Part shown: positions 1 to 15,182 of the stretch, one piece after another
Position numbering within the stretch: the stretch's first letter is position 1
Layout of the letters: each line of letters begins with the position of its first letter
The notes under the pieces: generated by a model
Told to the model about the DNA's origin: nothing
The model's database searches: none
What the model saw: only the letters and a program-made list of their open reading frames with translations
Position numbers and translations under genes: made by a program
Assembly: GCA_030770535.1 (NCBI GenBank)
Contig: JASVEC010000002.1
Coordinates: forward strand, 2,108,001-2,172,000
Direction: 5' to 3'
Origin: Batkoa obscura
Lineage: Eukaryota
DNA: 64,000 nucleotides

Positions 1-785
1 AGAGGCCTTGCGAGAACCACCAATGGTCTTGTTGAAAGCATGACCCTTTCCAATACCACGGGCTTTCTTACCAGTGGAGGTAAGTCCACGCATTTCACGA
101 TGTTTGTGAGTGGCTTTGGTGATCCATTGGATACGAGGATCACGACGGATGGCAGCGTGAGCTGGATCAACTAAAATGACTTCAAAGTATTTGTAGGTAC
201 CGTCTTGGTTAACCCAGTATGAGTTAAGGACACGGAGAGCACCGCAGTGACGACCAACACGTTCTTCAGCAATTGAACGGTGGGAACGTTTTGATTTAAG
301 TTCGTTGATACCTTGGTTGACTGGTTTACCGAAAACGGCACCTTTCTTTACTTGTCTCTTACGACCACCACGACGGACGCGGACACGGTAGATAACATAA
401 CCTTGTTTGGCCTAAAATCATTAGTTTTTGTATGCTTTGCTGTAGTTATATATTTACCTTGTAACCGAGACGACGAGCCTTATCTGGGCGAGATGGACGG
501 GAAGCACGGTGAATTACATTGAGCTGTCTGATGTTGGCAAGGAATTAACATAAAAAAATTAAGTTAGAAACTTGAAGTGTAATGCTTAGTCATTGGAATG
601 AAGAGATAAATCTCAACATAACCTAAGGGATAAGGACTAACCTGTATTCCCAGCATCTTACACGGAGCAAGAAGCGCATGATATCAGATTGCTTCTTTTT
701 GCTTAATTCTTCGAGGTATTTATAGGCTATAACCTCATTTAAAACCAGAATTATATTATATTTAACATTTGATCTTACCACCCAT
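1..785 (-). CDS. RPL15: 60S ribosomal protein L15 (3' end runs off window; 3 introns at 727-778, 528-641, 412-457)
   Basis: Spliced minus-strand translation [63 protein letters not shown]... is the conserved eL15 N-terminus; GT-AG introns restore the frame. Confidence 0.97.
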
Positions 786-2152
786 TTTATTTTAGTCCGT
801 CTAGAATAAGAAAATTAGTCAATTACATCCATCAAAATATTTTTTGGTCTTCTGTTTTTTCTGCTATTGATAACTATTGATTTTATTCCTTCACTTTTAT
901 ATATCTTATTGAATCAAATAACTCACCTTACAATTAGTATAAGCTGTAGGATGTGAAAAGGAAGAATATTTCTCACTAAGTCTTAACTTGATATTATGTT
1001 CTGCTTATTTTTTTTGTTAATTTTATGATTTATGCAAATTTTACGATTTTAGAATTCAAATTAGAATATTAAGATTAAACATATTGAAGTCTTAAATATG
1101 ACTAAGTATAGCTATATAATTTAAATAAATAGTAATCAGATAATATTTTAGTATGTGGCTATTAGCATTTGGTTGCTTTAATAGTATATGTCTTTATTTC
1201 ATATTTTGTTTATCTTTGTCAAATGTCTCAATAATTTACGAGTTTTAACATGAATTTGATTATAATATTGTTAAAATGAATTTGTTAAACTAGTATTTTT
1301 TAGTATTCTATGTAGTATTTTAGCATAATTATATACTTTGTTTTAAATCAAAATTAATGGCTATAAATCTTCAACTAAAGTTATTGGTTTTTATAATTGT
1401 ATTTGATTTCACTTTAAGTTAATTTGATTAATTTTGTATCATAATGCTGTAGTATTTTTAAACATTACCTATTTATAATAATACTTTACAACAAGAGCAA
1501 CTGTTTTTTTATGTTTAATGGAATTAATAAGTAGTAATTTTACAAAACATATTTCCGGTATATCATTTTATTTCACTATTAAAATTCTGGGATTATAGAA
1601 ATAATACATTAATAAAAAATATAAAGATTAAAGAATAACAGCTGTATTCGTAATAAAGAATTATTGATATGTATTACAAGGTTTTTGGTGGTAAGTCTTT
1701 TAAAGTTATATAATAGAATACATTTAATACAAGGTGATTATAAAGACTGAAATAATTTTGGTTATTGGACATATCTTTATAAATAAAAACTAAATTTCAA
1801 GAAATTTATCTTTATTCTGATTTTATTCATTACTTGATTAGTCATTCTTTAACTATTATGTTATGACAAATTTATAAGATATTCATCTTACATATATGAC
1901 GGCTATAAACAGTATACATATACATCGTATTTTATAAACCTTGGTGTATTTTTTTAGTTTATACACAACACTAGGTTTGAAAGTAATTCAACTAAAAGGA
2001 CATTTGATGTATTTTATGATAATATAGCATAATTATTTTATTGAGTCAGGTCTCTGGAACTTGCTATCGAACGCAATTAAAAACTCAACTATTTATTTTC
2101 ATATTCAGAGCAGAATATATATGTGTTTACGATATCATTACAATCTACTGCA

Positions 2153-2184
2153 TAAAGTAATGAAGCCAAAAAAACACCCTCATA
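2153..2184. mobile_element. Partial (one end) copy of ~105-bp MITE family
   Basis: AAAGTAATGAAGCCAAAAAAACACCCTCATA matches the end of full copies elsewhere in the window. Confidence 0.7.
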
Positions 2185-2301
2185 TTTTCATTTTGCCATA
2201 TAATGTAGCGATTTTATTAATGATTCTTGTAATAATAGACTAGCAATATTTTATGGAGTTATATATAAATACTTATTTTACTAACGGATCTGTATTAAAT
2301 A

Positions 2302-2404
2302 TATGAGGGTGTTTTTTTAGCTTCATTACTTTTTCCATCTTTTAAGTACTACCTGAGCGGAAAAATTGCTAGTAAAATTCTTAAACACAAAATACAACCG
2401 CATA
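2302..2404. mobile_element. ~105-bp MITE family copy
   Basis: TATGAGGGTGTTTTTTT...AAAATACAACCGCATA; imperfect TIRs, TA at both ends, shared core CTTCATTACTTTTTCC...GAGCGGAAAA...AAAATTCTTAAAC. Confidence 0.85.
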
Positions 2405-2749
2405 TTTCTTTTTGGAGATATTCAATTAAATATTTAAATTTTGATTTCTTTTCAATGAAATAGATAAAAAAAATCTTAAAAGGAAGACTAATTAAGCAGG
2501 ATCAGGAAGTAAAGAGAAGTATTTAGTGCGTATTCAAGCTTTTTTAGACTGGAATAATCTAACACTGAATATCTAATTTTTAGTTTGATCAAAGACTTTA
2601 GTTCTACAATATTTGAAATCCTACTACTAAACTATAGAAAAGTATTAAAATCAGAAGGAATAGTATTAAGACTATAATTTAAGTGATACAGCTATTTAAA
2701 CTATCTATAGTGAAGATGAATCAAAAATCATAACCAATAAATTTCAATA

Positions 2750-2840
2750 TGTGGGGATGTTTTTTTGGTTTCATTACTTTTCCATTTTTTAAGCACTATT
2801 TGAGTGGAAAAATTATTAGGAAAAAAAATACATCCTCGTA
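2750..2840. mobile_element. ~105-bp MITE family copy (short internal deletion)
   Basis: TGTGGGGATGTTTTTTTGGTTTCATTACTTT...AATACATCCTCGTA. Confidence 0.8.
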
Positions 2841-3040
2841 TGTTACATTACATCTAGTATGTTTTAATATCTTTATAATAAGGCTCACGTTTTTGACTTA
2901 AGTAATTTTATAATTAATCTACAAACACTCTTTTATTAAATAGATTATAAATCTGTTTTTAAAAAGTAACTAAAATGTAACTACATTAATTTATTAATTT
3001 ACAAATCAGTGTTGTACTGAGTTTAAACGAACTATTTCGT

Positions 3041-3394
3041 TTAAAGTAGATAAAAGAACGACATCAACATCACGGAGAAGATGATGTAGTTTGGTGAGCC
3101 ATAAGAGAGTATGCTATTTGATGAGCTTTTAGAGAGACTTTGACCATTATTATTATTCTTTGATTTATCAGTGATGTTCCAACCAGTTGCTTTTTCGACT
3201 ACTTCACCAATACCATTGATAATACTATCAGGCGTAACATCTCTTTTGTCGTTATGATGAAAAGGTAAATGTTCTTTTAAATCTTTCACTACCTTTTGGG
3301 CACGCTCTTTGATGGAGTGTAAAGAAAGGTTATCAGATATATGGAAGGCTTGAAGGCAAGCAATTAATAGGAAAAAAAAGATGAAAAATCTCAT
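3041..3394 (-). CDS. Small secreted, probably GPI-anchored protein with internal KR site
   Basis: Intronless 117-aa ORF: hydrophobic N-terminal signal (MRFFIFFFLLIACLQA), KR dibasic site, Ser/Asn-rich spacer, hydrophobic C-terminus (IIFSVMLMSFFYLL). Confidence 0.8.
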   Translation of the reverse strand: MRFFIFFFLLIACLQAFHISDNLSLHSIKERAQKVVKDLKEHLPFHHNDKRDVTPDSIINGIGEVVEKATGWNITDKSKNNNNGQSLSKSSSNSILSYGSPNYIIFSVMLMSFFYLL

Positions 3395-4628
3395 GTTATG
3401 GTTTGTTCGTAGTAGGCTTATGGATAAAAGGACAAAAAGAAGTCTATTTTTTATTATTTATATTTTACACAATGTCCCGTTTTTTTACTTTCACGGACAA
3501 ATAAGGGGTTTGTTATTTTTAAATCTCACGGAGTATCTCTAGAATCTTAGTTTGTTTGCTAATTTTCGGATTTGTTTTGAAGCTACTACAATTTGCTATA
3601 AATAAACTTAATCAAAAATCTAAAAGAGTATACTAACTCTATCTAGTATTTTGGTATAATACCATAGCTTTAAATAACGATACTATCTTAGTAAATCCTT
3701 AGCTTATTATTATTTTAAAGATATAATATTTTGGTTACTTAGCTAAATAGTCTTTTCTAGAATAAATTTATTTTGTAGGAGAAATATTAAAAATGATGTT
3801 CTCTTATATAATCATGCTGTTGATTTAGTAACAAGTAGGTGAAATAACTTTAATATCTAACATAATGGAGCAATTAATAAAGCAGTATTTTATGGTATAT
3901 CAAAATTTTTTTAATAGATGTTTTGTGAATTACTATTACTAAAAATAGGATTGCTTTATAATTTTATATTTATAAACGATACTATAATAAATGAAATAGT
4001 AAAAGGGATAGGTATTCGAATATGATATTTTAAATCTAGTATCTAATCGAACTTAAAGATATATTCTTTAAACTTTACCTCTAGAATGATGATCTAACCC
4101 CCAAAATGCTTACTTTAATCAAACAGATAGAAACATTGAACTATCCATATCAGTTTTATCGTTATATAAATTATATTAATAATAGCATAATAAATTAAAT
4201 ATTCCATTAAAAATCATCATAGTTTTATTAGTAATCGTGGATAATGAATTATACTTTTAAAGCAATACAATAAAATAAAATATAAAACTTATACTATTAG
4301 GGGTTGATTAACGTATGAATGAAATTAGGTATATAGCTGTTCCTCTAATCATAATATTTGGCACATTTGTGTTAAAATGATCTAAATTTTAAATGAGATA
4401 GGTAGTAAATAGAAATAAGGAATAAAAGGGAATTTGGAAATTTAGACTAAATTAGAAAACTATTATATTAATGTAATATGGTAAATACAACATGATAGAT
4501 TTAGTTTGATTATTGTTCCAAACAGCATTTTTAATAAACGATAAGATGTAAAAATTGAACACAAAAATTAATACCAAAAATTAAAGTTACAAATTTAAAC
4601 ACAATCAATCCATTTTTACTAAAATAAA

Positions 4629-5503
4629 ATGAGACTAAAAGTGTATGATTTAGTTGATCATACGGATGGCGTAAACTTTAGTTCCTTTGGTTGGAGAGTA
4701 AGGCTATGTCTAAAACATAAGGTAAATCGACAACTTGAACGCTTACCTAATGAGTAGCTAATTCAATATATAGGATTTACTGTTTGAAAAGGTAGATCTA
4801 ACTTTTCACCAAATACAAACTGAAATACCAAAGATAAGGTAGTTTCATTTAAGTATTCAAAAAATCAAATTAACCTTTATAATCAGTAATAATAAATGGA
4901 AGTTAACTCCACTACTAGTGGATGATGATGAGGTAGTAGCTAATAGTAGGGATATTGCAGAATATTTAGAAGACAAATATAGCGATCGACCTTTGCTATT
5001 TCCAAATGGAAAAGAATATTCTTTCTTCTTAGAAAATTATATTTCAACTCATATGGGAAAATTGTTTAATCTGTGTGTGTTACACATTTACGATAATTTG
5101 CACGGGGAAGATAAAGTTTATTTTAAAAATTTAAGAGAGACTCAGTTCAATAAACCTTTGGAGCAGATTGCTGAAGAACCTGGCCCAATTTATCTTCAGA
5201 TTTTCAATGCTTTAAAACCCTTCATTAGTACTCTAAAGACCTATAAATATCTCGAAGGTGAAACTGGTAATTTATTAATAATGTTTTAATGTTCGCTAAT
5301 ATCATACACTTTTAGTAACCTATTCCGATTATCTTTTATTTGGGACTTTACAGTGGGTTCGAATTTTAGCACCCATTCATTTTGATAATATTATTGGAAT
5401 GGAAGCTCAAGCAAGTGAAGATACTCCTGTACTTTTAGCTTGGTTTAACTCAATTGCTCATCTCTATTCAGAATATGCGAATGATACTCCAATTTATCAT
5501 TAA
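4629..5503 (+). CDS. Glutathione S-transferase, LigE/beta-etherase-like (GSTFuA-type); 3 introns
   Basis: Spliced: MRLKVYDLVDHTDGVNFSSFGWRVRLCLKHK...PLLVDDDEVVANSRDIAEYLEDKYSDRPLLF...YFKNLRETQFNKPLEQI...YSDYLLFGTLQWVR; TAA at 5501-5503. Confidence 0.85.
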
Positions 5504-5704
5504 TCTTATATAAATAAAATAAATGTTTTCTATCTATTATTAATTGCAAAAATATTACAGTTCCACCAATAAAATCAATCCCTCTTCTGGTTAGCTTAGT
5601 TTTTAACGTCATCTAAGCTTTCATTAAGTTAAATTTTAGAATTGAAACTTGTTAGATTGTATTTTAATTACATTAAAAGCTAGTTTAAATTTTAAAGAAT
5701 CAGT

Positions 5705-7464
<1,760 letters not shown>

Positions 7465-8635
7465 ATTTTATTTTTTTGAATAACTTTGTCTTATTTGAAT
7501 GTTTTTTTTTGATTTTTATTTCATAAATAATCAATGAATACTGAGGCAAAAGCATTCTCATATTGCTATTAACATTTTAAATTATTGTAAGTTGAAATCC
7601 AAGTGTTTTAATATAATAAATAAAAGTCAATAAGAGATAAAAAAGACTAAGAAAAAGAGAGAATGTTATTATTGACTTAACAAAAAAAGAAATATAACAT
7701 TTTAATATTTTAAATAGAGCTTTAGTATGAATTAAAAGCTAAATCTTTAAAAGCACTTAACTTTCTACCCCTTAGTTACTTGCTAAAAAATCATATTAAA
7801 AACTTGAAGGCAATGGCTCAAAAAAAGATACTATTAGTCATATTTGAGTTTCCACTAATGTTCGAATAATCTGCTTCAATATTATTGTCACTACAAGTTA
7901 AGCCAGATTTGTTAATTTTGAAATAATGAATATATATCAAAGTCTAAATAAATACTTTATTATTTTATATCGATTATATTTTTGATTATTTCTATTAAAA
8001 TCATTTAGCAGCACATTATTATGCTTTATTTAAAATCAAGTCAGATATTAAACTTGATGAAAAAGCTTATGATAAACTGTTGAGAATACTTATTTTGAAA
8101 TTAAACTAAGTTGCTATTATAATTTTTATAACTTCCTATATTTAAAATAATTGCAGCGGATCTACTAAGTTAACTTTAATAATTTGTAAACTGGATCATT
8201 AAATTTAATAAATCATATTAAATATCAATATAAAAGTGAATACAACGTTGTTAATTATAATGAATAAAAATTATTTAAAAATATAAACGAAATAAAGAGT
8301 GAAAGTTGTTGCTCTAGTTATACATCTTTTTACTATAATTGTAAGCTCTCGGCTAAAAAACGCATATTGACATGCAACAATCTCAGACGTTAAATCAGAT
8401 TTTTGAAAATATTAGGTTATATTTTTAGATGATACTAAAGATCTCTCCCTGTAATTTTTTTCTTTACATGTTTCAGGAGTTCATGCGCCTTAATCAATAA
8501 ATATATATCTGTTGATCGTTCACTCTTTGATTTTTTACCCTTGTTACATATATATTTAACCAATTTTAACAAAAATTTACAGGGCACTCCAACCTTTGGA
8601 TTTTTTAAAAATAAGCTTCAATAAAAACTAATATT

Positions 8636-8740
8636 TAGTAGTATATTTTTTTGTTTAAAAGTTTTGCTGATAGCCTCCTTTCCACTTAAATAGTGCTTAG
8701 AAAATGGAAAAAGTGATGAAACCAAAAAAACAATCTTATA
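8636..8740. mobile_element. ~105-bp MITE family copy (diverged)
   Basis: TTTTTTTGTTTAAAAG...CCACTTAAATAGTGCTTAGAAAATGGAAAAAGTGATGAAACCAAAAAAACAATCTTATA. Confidence 0.7.
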
Positions 8741-9100
8741 TTGAATAGGTCAATTAATTATTGCTTATATTTATTATCATTAGAACTACTTGAATATGAA
8801 ATGAACAATTATAAGTTTAATAGTTTTGATCACTAAAATAAAGTAATCAAAATAATCAAGAAACGAGAGATAAATTAAGTGTAAAATTGCTCCATAAATT
8901 TTCGAAAAAAAGAGCTGACAATGACCAAACTAGGTAAAAGTGAACTATGAAGCCACTCAAAAAAACTGGAAACTGAATAGTAATAACCACCAATTAAAGC
9001 ATTAAAATTGAAGTCAAAAATTAGCAAGCAAGTAAAAAACTCAGATCAAAGAATGAACAAAAAAGAGCATTTTTTATAATATTTTTCCAACTAATAGCTA

Positions 9101-11404
9101 ATGACGATCCAAGTACAAGTCAATTTCCACCAAGAAGGGGTGTTCTATTGTAATGAAAAATTAAGAGTATCTTTTAAGTTTATCAATTGTATACAAAAAG
9201 AGGATATCATACCAATAGAAGAAAAAGGTTATCGAGGAAATGGCAATGAAATATTAAAATCCCGGTTAAGAAAAAATTCTTCTTTGAGTGAATGTAACGT
9301 TGATGATATTAAAAGTGCTCCCAGTTCAAGATCAAGCACTGAATCTTATAATCGATTTGGTTCTATGGGATTTAAACCAAATAGATCAAACTCGAGTACG
9401 TCTTATTATCAGGGAGAAGGGATGGAAGGGGATGAAGCTAATAAAAAAGATATGGAATCCAATCATCAAAGTACACAAAGTATGCCACATTTTAGAAATT
9501 CAGAAGAAGTAACCAATATACATTCACAATTAAGAAATTTTCGACCATCTTCTGTATCCTCATGGTTTTCTTCGTTTTCTACTTTAGGGGCAGATAACAA
9601 ATCTTTAAACGGTAAGCTAAATTTTAACTTTTAACTTAGATATTAAATGAATAAAAATAGTCAACAATACACCCATAGCTAAAAAAGAAAAATTATTATG
9701 GGGTTTTGCTCAATTAGTGGGTCACTTTGTATTAGATGAAAATTTAGTACAAACAAATGCTTTTGAGCCATTAAAAGAGAAAAGAATGTATAGGGCTGCT
9801 AATGGTGTAGGTCATGGTGGTAGTTTAGGGGGTGGTACTTTTGGTTATAATGCTTCTACTTTTATAAATGGGAATTCAAAAAATTCAACAATGGCAGATT
9901 TAAAGAGACAGGGTGGTAATGGTTTATTGTTTTGGAATAATGAGCTTATTGTTAATAGTATTTTTATTTATTTAGAAAGTAAATTATTCCCAGTTTATTC
10001 TACACCACCATCAGTTTTATTTTGTGATATTACATTGGAACCTGGGGAATCAGTGATATGTAAGCTTTAATTTAATTTAAATAATAAAATAGAAGATTTT
10101 ATATAATTACTATTAATAGATGATTATGAAATTCAACTACCTGAAAATTTACCACCTAGTTATAGGGGAAAATCAGCAAGATTTTTATATTATTTAATAT
10201 TAGGTACTCAACAAGGTGAAATTACTTTAGAACCCAACGTAGTTCAATTGCCTTTTAGATTATTCAATACTAAGAATGGTAAAATTTATTATTATATTAA
10301 TATTTTCATGTTTGTTTATCAAATCCATATTGTAGAATATGGAGAATCATCAATATATAATTTATTACAACCTGAGTTAATATATTCGGATGATGCTATT
10401 GTAAAAAATAATCAAGATAAAATTAAAATTAAAAAATACCAAACAAGTGGTAAACTATTATATATTATTATTATTTATTTATTTAATGACTGATTTGTTA
10501 ACTTTATTTAGTAAATACAAATATTCAAGAATTTATTAACAACGGATTAAAAAGTTTAAATTTGGATGAAGAAGAAGAAGATTTAGATTTAGAAAATGAG
10601 TTGCAATTTAACATGTTAGATATTGAATCTCAATGTTTAAAAGCGGTTCATCAATTAACTAGAAGAACTAAACCAAGTAAGTTAAAACAATACAATGATA
10701 ATAACATACCTGTAATATGTTTTTATTAGTAAATTATACGATCTCTAAAGATGATACAATAATTGGTAAATTATATTTAAAAAAACCATATTATCGAATT
10801 GGTGATTCTGTAAATACAATTATACAATTTGTACCATCCCCAGTTAAATGTTATCAAGTAAATAAATTTATTGATTAAACAAGTTAAATTGAGTTAAATT
10901 AATAAACTGCTATTAGGTATCAGTAACTTTAGAAAGTTTTGAAACTTTAAAAGAAGGTTATTCTCATCATCCGAAACATCGTACAGATCAAATGACACGG
11001 CAAATATTAACTCATCAACAATGCCTACTAATTAATAAGGATAGGATAGCTATTGATTTAACTATTCCTACTACATGTACACCTAATTTTGAAACTACTG
11101 TTGGTAAGATAATTTATAATTAATATATTATAATTTTCATAATAGCTAATATATTATTACTACAGTTGAATTAGGTTATCGATTAAGAATTGAATTTATG
11201 GTAGGAGAAAGAAATGAACAGAATATATTAAGTACTAGTATTGATCGATTTCGAACATTAAATAAAATACAAAATGGTAATACTAATTTATTAGAAAAAT
11301 TGACTTGTTTAGTACCCATTCAATTATTACCTACCAATCCAAATTATGCTAAATTGTATCGTTCTTCCCATTCTTTTCAATTGGAAAGAAATTTTCTCCC
11401 ATGA
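9101..11404 (+). CDS. RGP1: Rgp1-family protein (Ric1-Rgp1 Rab6/Ypt6 GEF subunit), multi-exon
   Basis: Motifs GVFYCNEKLRVSFKFIN, LLWGFAQLVGHFVLD, PVYSTPPSVLFCDITLEPGES, LPENLPPSYRGKSARFLY, IPTTCTPNFET. Confidence 0.85.
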
Positions 11405-11908
11405 GTAAAATGAACTTAAAAATAGTTACTCACCCTATTGTTGAACATTGGTCGTGTATATACTTCATATGAGCATATCTGAACTTTATAAATACGTTAA
11501 AAAGTAATAGCAATTACTATCCTCTATTAATCGATTCTATTAAATATCAATCTAATATAATAAGTAATAGTCTTTAATCTAATTAATAATTTAGATTATA
11601 AATTTCATTGCATTATAGAACTATGTTTTTCTAATATGTCTATTTTACTATGTTTAAAATCAATGTTGTCTATATCTTATAATTTTCCTATCTTATTCTC
11701 TATTATTTACGAAATTAAATAGTTAATGTATCGATTGTTTATTTTCTTTGATTTTTTATTGTTTAATTATGATTTTAATCATATTTATCTTTGCAAAAAT
11801 TTAAAAATTACCTAATTCAAATTTACTCCAAAAATATCCCTTACAAACTAAAAACTCATTAGAACGTAACTTAAAGTTCAATTTCTTAATTTATCTTTAA
11901 AAAAACAA

Positions 11909-14061
11909 ATGGAGGCTGTCAATCAACGCAAAAAAAAGACACGAAAGAAAAAAATAATATCCTCGCTATCTGCTCCTGAACCAACACCCTCTCATGAACT
12001 CTCTTATCTAACTCCTTTAAGTACTATGGACATCACTCCCATCACCAATCTTACTCAAACAATCAAAGGAATAACTCAGGCCACTTCTCAATTATTATTC
12101 AGCCCCTCAACATTCCAACAATTATTACTAAATATATTGAAAAAATCGGTAGGTGGTGGGAATCAAAATCGAATAACTTCTGGTGAAGAAGGAAGTAAAG
12201 GATTGGATATGGATGTGGATGATGATATTGATAGTGTCTATAGTAATGGAAATACGTTATATTCTGGTTTTATTCACAAAGATGAGAGGAAAGATGATAC
12301 TCCAGAATCAAGTGTGGTTAATGGGGTGGGCTATGAGGAGAGTGAGAGTGGGGAAGGGAGTAATATATTACTGAAACTTAAAAAGAAGGAAAAAGAAGTC
12401 GAAACGATTAAAGCAAAGATAAAATCATATGATGATAAAATGGATAAAATTATGAAAAAAAAGAATAGACTGGAATTAGAATTGAATCAAATGGAAGATG
12501 ATTTAAATTTATTAAGTTTACAGCTACAGCCTGTTGTGGAAGACAATGAGGCTCAAGAAAAGGATGAAATTAAGGAAACGGATGACATAGAAACTCCAAT
12601 AGCTAATATTAAACAAGATGAAAAAGAGGAGATTAATCAAGTTGTTGAATTTGAAGAATTTAATGAGACGATAGAGGAGAAAGAAGAGATCAAGATTGAA
12701 ATAACAATGGATACAGAAGAAGTGCATCAGCATGAACTTACCAGTGTAAAATCAGTAGAAGGATCCGTTATTTCTAACAATGTTTATCCAATGGTAAGCC
12801 GATTGTTATATTATTATGTCACTTATTTAATTATTTGTTTAATTTAGATTTTTAAGGCCCATGATTCTATAGTAAATTCGATTCATTCGGATGAAAAAAC
12901 TCAATTATTAGCTACTTCAGAAGTTGATGGTAACATTAAACTTTGGGATATGAAAGCTTATGATAGTTATGAAAATTTATATGAAATACCGGCAAAATTT
13001 GGTAAGCTTTATTATAATAATACTATTTTTATATCATTAACGTATATTGTGTTTATTTTAGGAAATGTTTATGATATCAAAATCAACGACGGAATCTTAA
13101 TAGGAGGAGGAAAAGATAGTAATTTAAGAATCTACAATACAAGGTCATTATTAGAAGTAACAGAACAAATTTGCAATAAAGAAGAAGAAGAAGAAATAAT
13201 TGAAAAACCATTATTGTCGCCTAATTTATTACCCAGTTTAAGTCCAAATAGTTTAAAACCAGAATCTGAATTATCTATCTATTCAGCACCACCTTCTTTT
13301 TCATTACCTCCAGCACAAGCATTACCTTCATTTACTTTAAAAGGTCATAAAAGTTATATCAAATGTTTAGATATGGATTGTAATTATGCATTATCTGGAT
13401 CTAATGATGGTACAATTAAACAATGGGATTTAGAAAATGGTAAATTAATTAGTACATTTGATTGTACTTGGCAAATGAATTTAAACTCAATCAATCAAAA
13501 ACAAAACAAAATAATAAGTGTATTAGAATCAAAAGGAAATAATTATAATATATTAAATAGTATCGTTGGTACAATTAAATTTTATTCTCGTGCTTTAGCA
13601 TCAGGCACAAATGATGGTATCATTCGTATGTGGGATTTAAGAACAGGGCAATGTCATCGATCATTGGCAGGTCATCAAAATAATATTACTTCATTAAATT
13701 TTGATACTTTCCATTTGATCTCTGGCTCCTTGGATCACACAGTGAAGATATTTGATTTAAGAACAGGCAAACAATTGGAAAGTATTAAATATGAAGATAT
13801 TGTTCTAGATTTACAATTTAATTCTAAAAATATATTCACAAGTTGTGATAAAGAAGAGGTGGAGGTAAGCTTTTTTTTAAAAATAAGGTTTTATAGACTT
13901 TTTTACTTTTCATATTTTAGGTTTATCAAAGAACTACCTTTCAAAAGAAACAATTATCTGGGTTACAATCTACTTCATGGGGTTTACATTTAACTAGAGA
14001 CAATTTATTAATTGGTGGGACTAAAAATGGTTATCTTAGATTTTGGAATGTTAATAGTTAA
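11909..14061 (+). CDS. MDV1: Coiled-coil plus WD40 mitochondrial fission adaptor (Mdv1/Caf4-like); 3 introns
   Basis: N-terminal extension, coiled coil, then WD40 repeats including ALASGTNDGIIRMWDLRTGQCHRSLAGH and LISGSLDHTVKIFDLRTG. Confidence 0.8.
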
Positions 14062-14299
14062 AATCATGGTTTTTTCAATTTATAAATAGAAAAAGTTTTT
14101 TTAAATTTTTATACTTTCATTAAGTTATAAAGTTATTGAAATAATAGCTTTGTAATTTAGTTCTTTTTATTTCATTCTTCTAATAAAATTATTTAGGTAT
14201 AGTTGTTTTTTATTAGATATGATATTAATGATAATATAATATAATAATAAAAATAAATGAATTACCTAATTTATTTTCATTAATAATATACGCACATAT

Positions 14300-14977
14300 A
14301 TTCTACTTTTGTTCCAAACTCTTAAAATTCAATTTTATTTTTGTGTTTATCAGATACTGTACAATTTAGAAACCCCAAAATGAGTAGTGTAAGTTCTCTA
14401 CTAACCAAATTTCCACCTCTAATAAAATTCAATTTTTGATGATGAATAAACTCAGGCCAGTTAAGTTCTTGCTTTAAAAGTATGTTCTTATAGCATTTTA
14501 TTTCCCAAGCAATGATTAAGTTTAATCCACCTTAAGACCTTGTGAGAATGCTCTTTCGTCATTTTGGTAATTTGGTAAGCTAGTTAATATACGCCATAAT
14601 GAAAACAGTTCATGTTCTGTTTGATCTATCTCTTTTACTTTACATAAATGTCTTGGTAACGTTAACTAACTCTTATCACAAATCGAGTTCAAATAGGTGA
14701 ATAAAGAATACCATACAATATCTCTCATTTTATAATGATCAAAACCACACATTACTGCAATGGGTTTCCAATGATCTAACATAATTTGCGAACAAGTTAT
14801 TTTAAATGAGTTTGGGCATTGTCCAACTTTATTAGAAAACTCATTTTCTTCAATTAAAGTGATTTCTTCCGAATTTATCTGTAATACCCTAGATATATAT
14901 AGTACCACTTGTCCATTTGTAGTATGATGTTGTATAACTAAACCGCATTGTAAACTAAGTTTAGGCAATATTAGCAT
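14300..14977 (-). pseudogene. Decayed tandem duplicate of MHR1/mL67
   Basis: Aligns with the adjacent gene (TNGQVV, DHWKPIAV, WPEFI-HQKLN-IRG) but has TGG>TAG stop at 14666-14668, later stops/frameshift and intron donor GT>AT. Confidence 0.85.
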
Positions 14978-15182
14978 TCCTTAAAGCTGTTAAAATAAAT
15001 TGAACTGTTAAAAAGGTTAAAAACCTAAATTTGAATTTAATGTTTATATATTCATTATTTCATATGATCATTTAATTTTCAATAGATATAATAGTATTAA
15101 AAATCAATAACATAATATCAATAATTAGTAAATGAACTATCTAATTTTATTTTCATTAATAATATAATGGGTATTTTATCTA

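Noticed and set aside
313..522. 69-aa plus-strand ORF
   Set aside because: Antisense shadow of the RPL15 exons
528..641. Longer RPL15 intron as a snoRNA host
   Set aside because: No RUGAUGA/CUGA box pair or convincing H/ACA double hairpin visible
2061..2243. 60-aa ORF
   Set aside because: Non-ATG start and overlaps a MITE end; no coding signature
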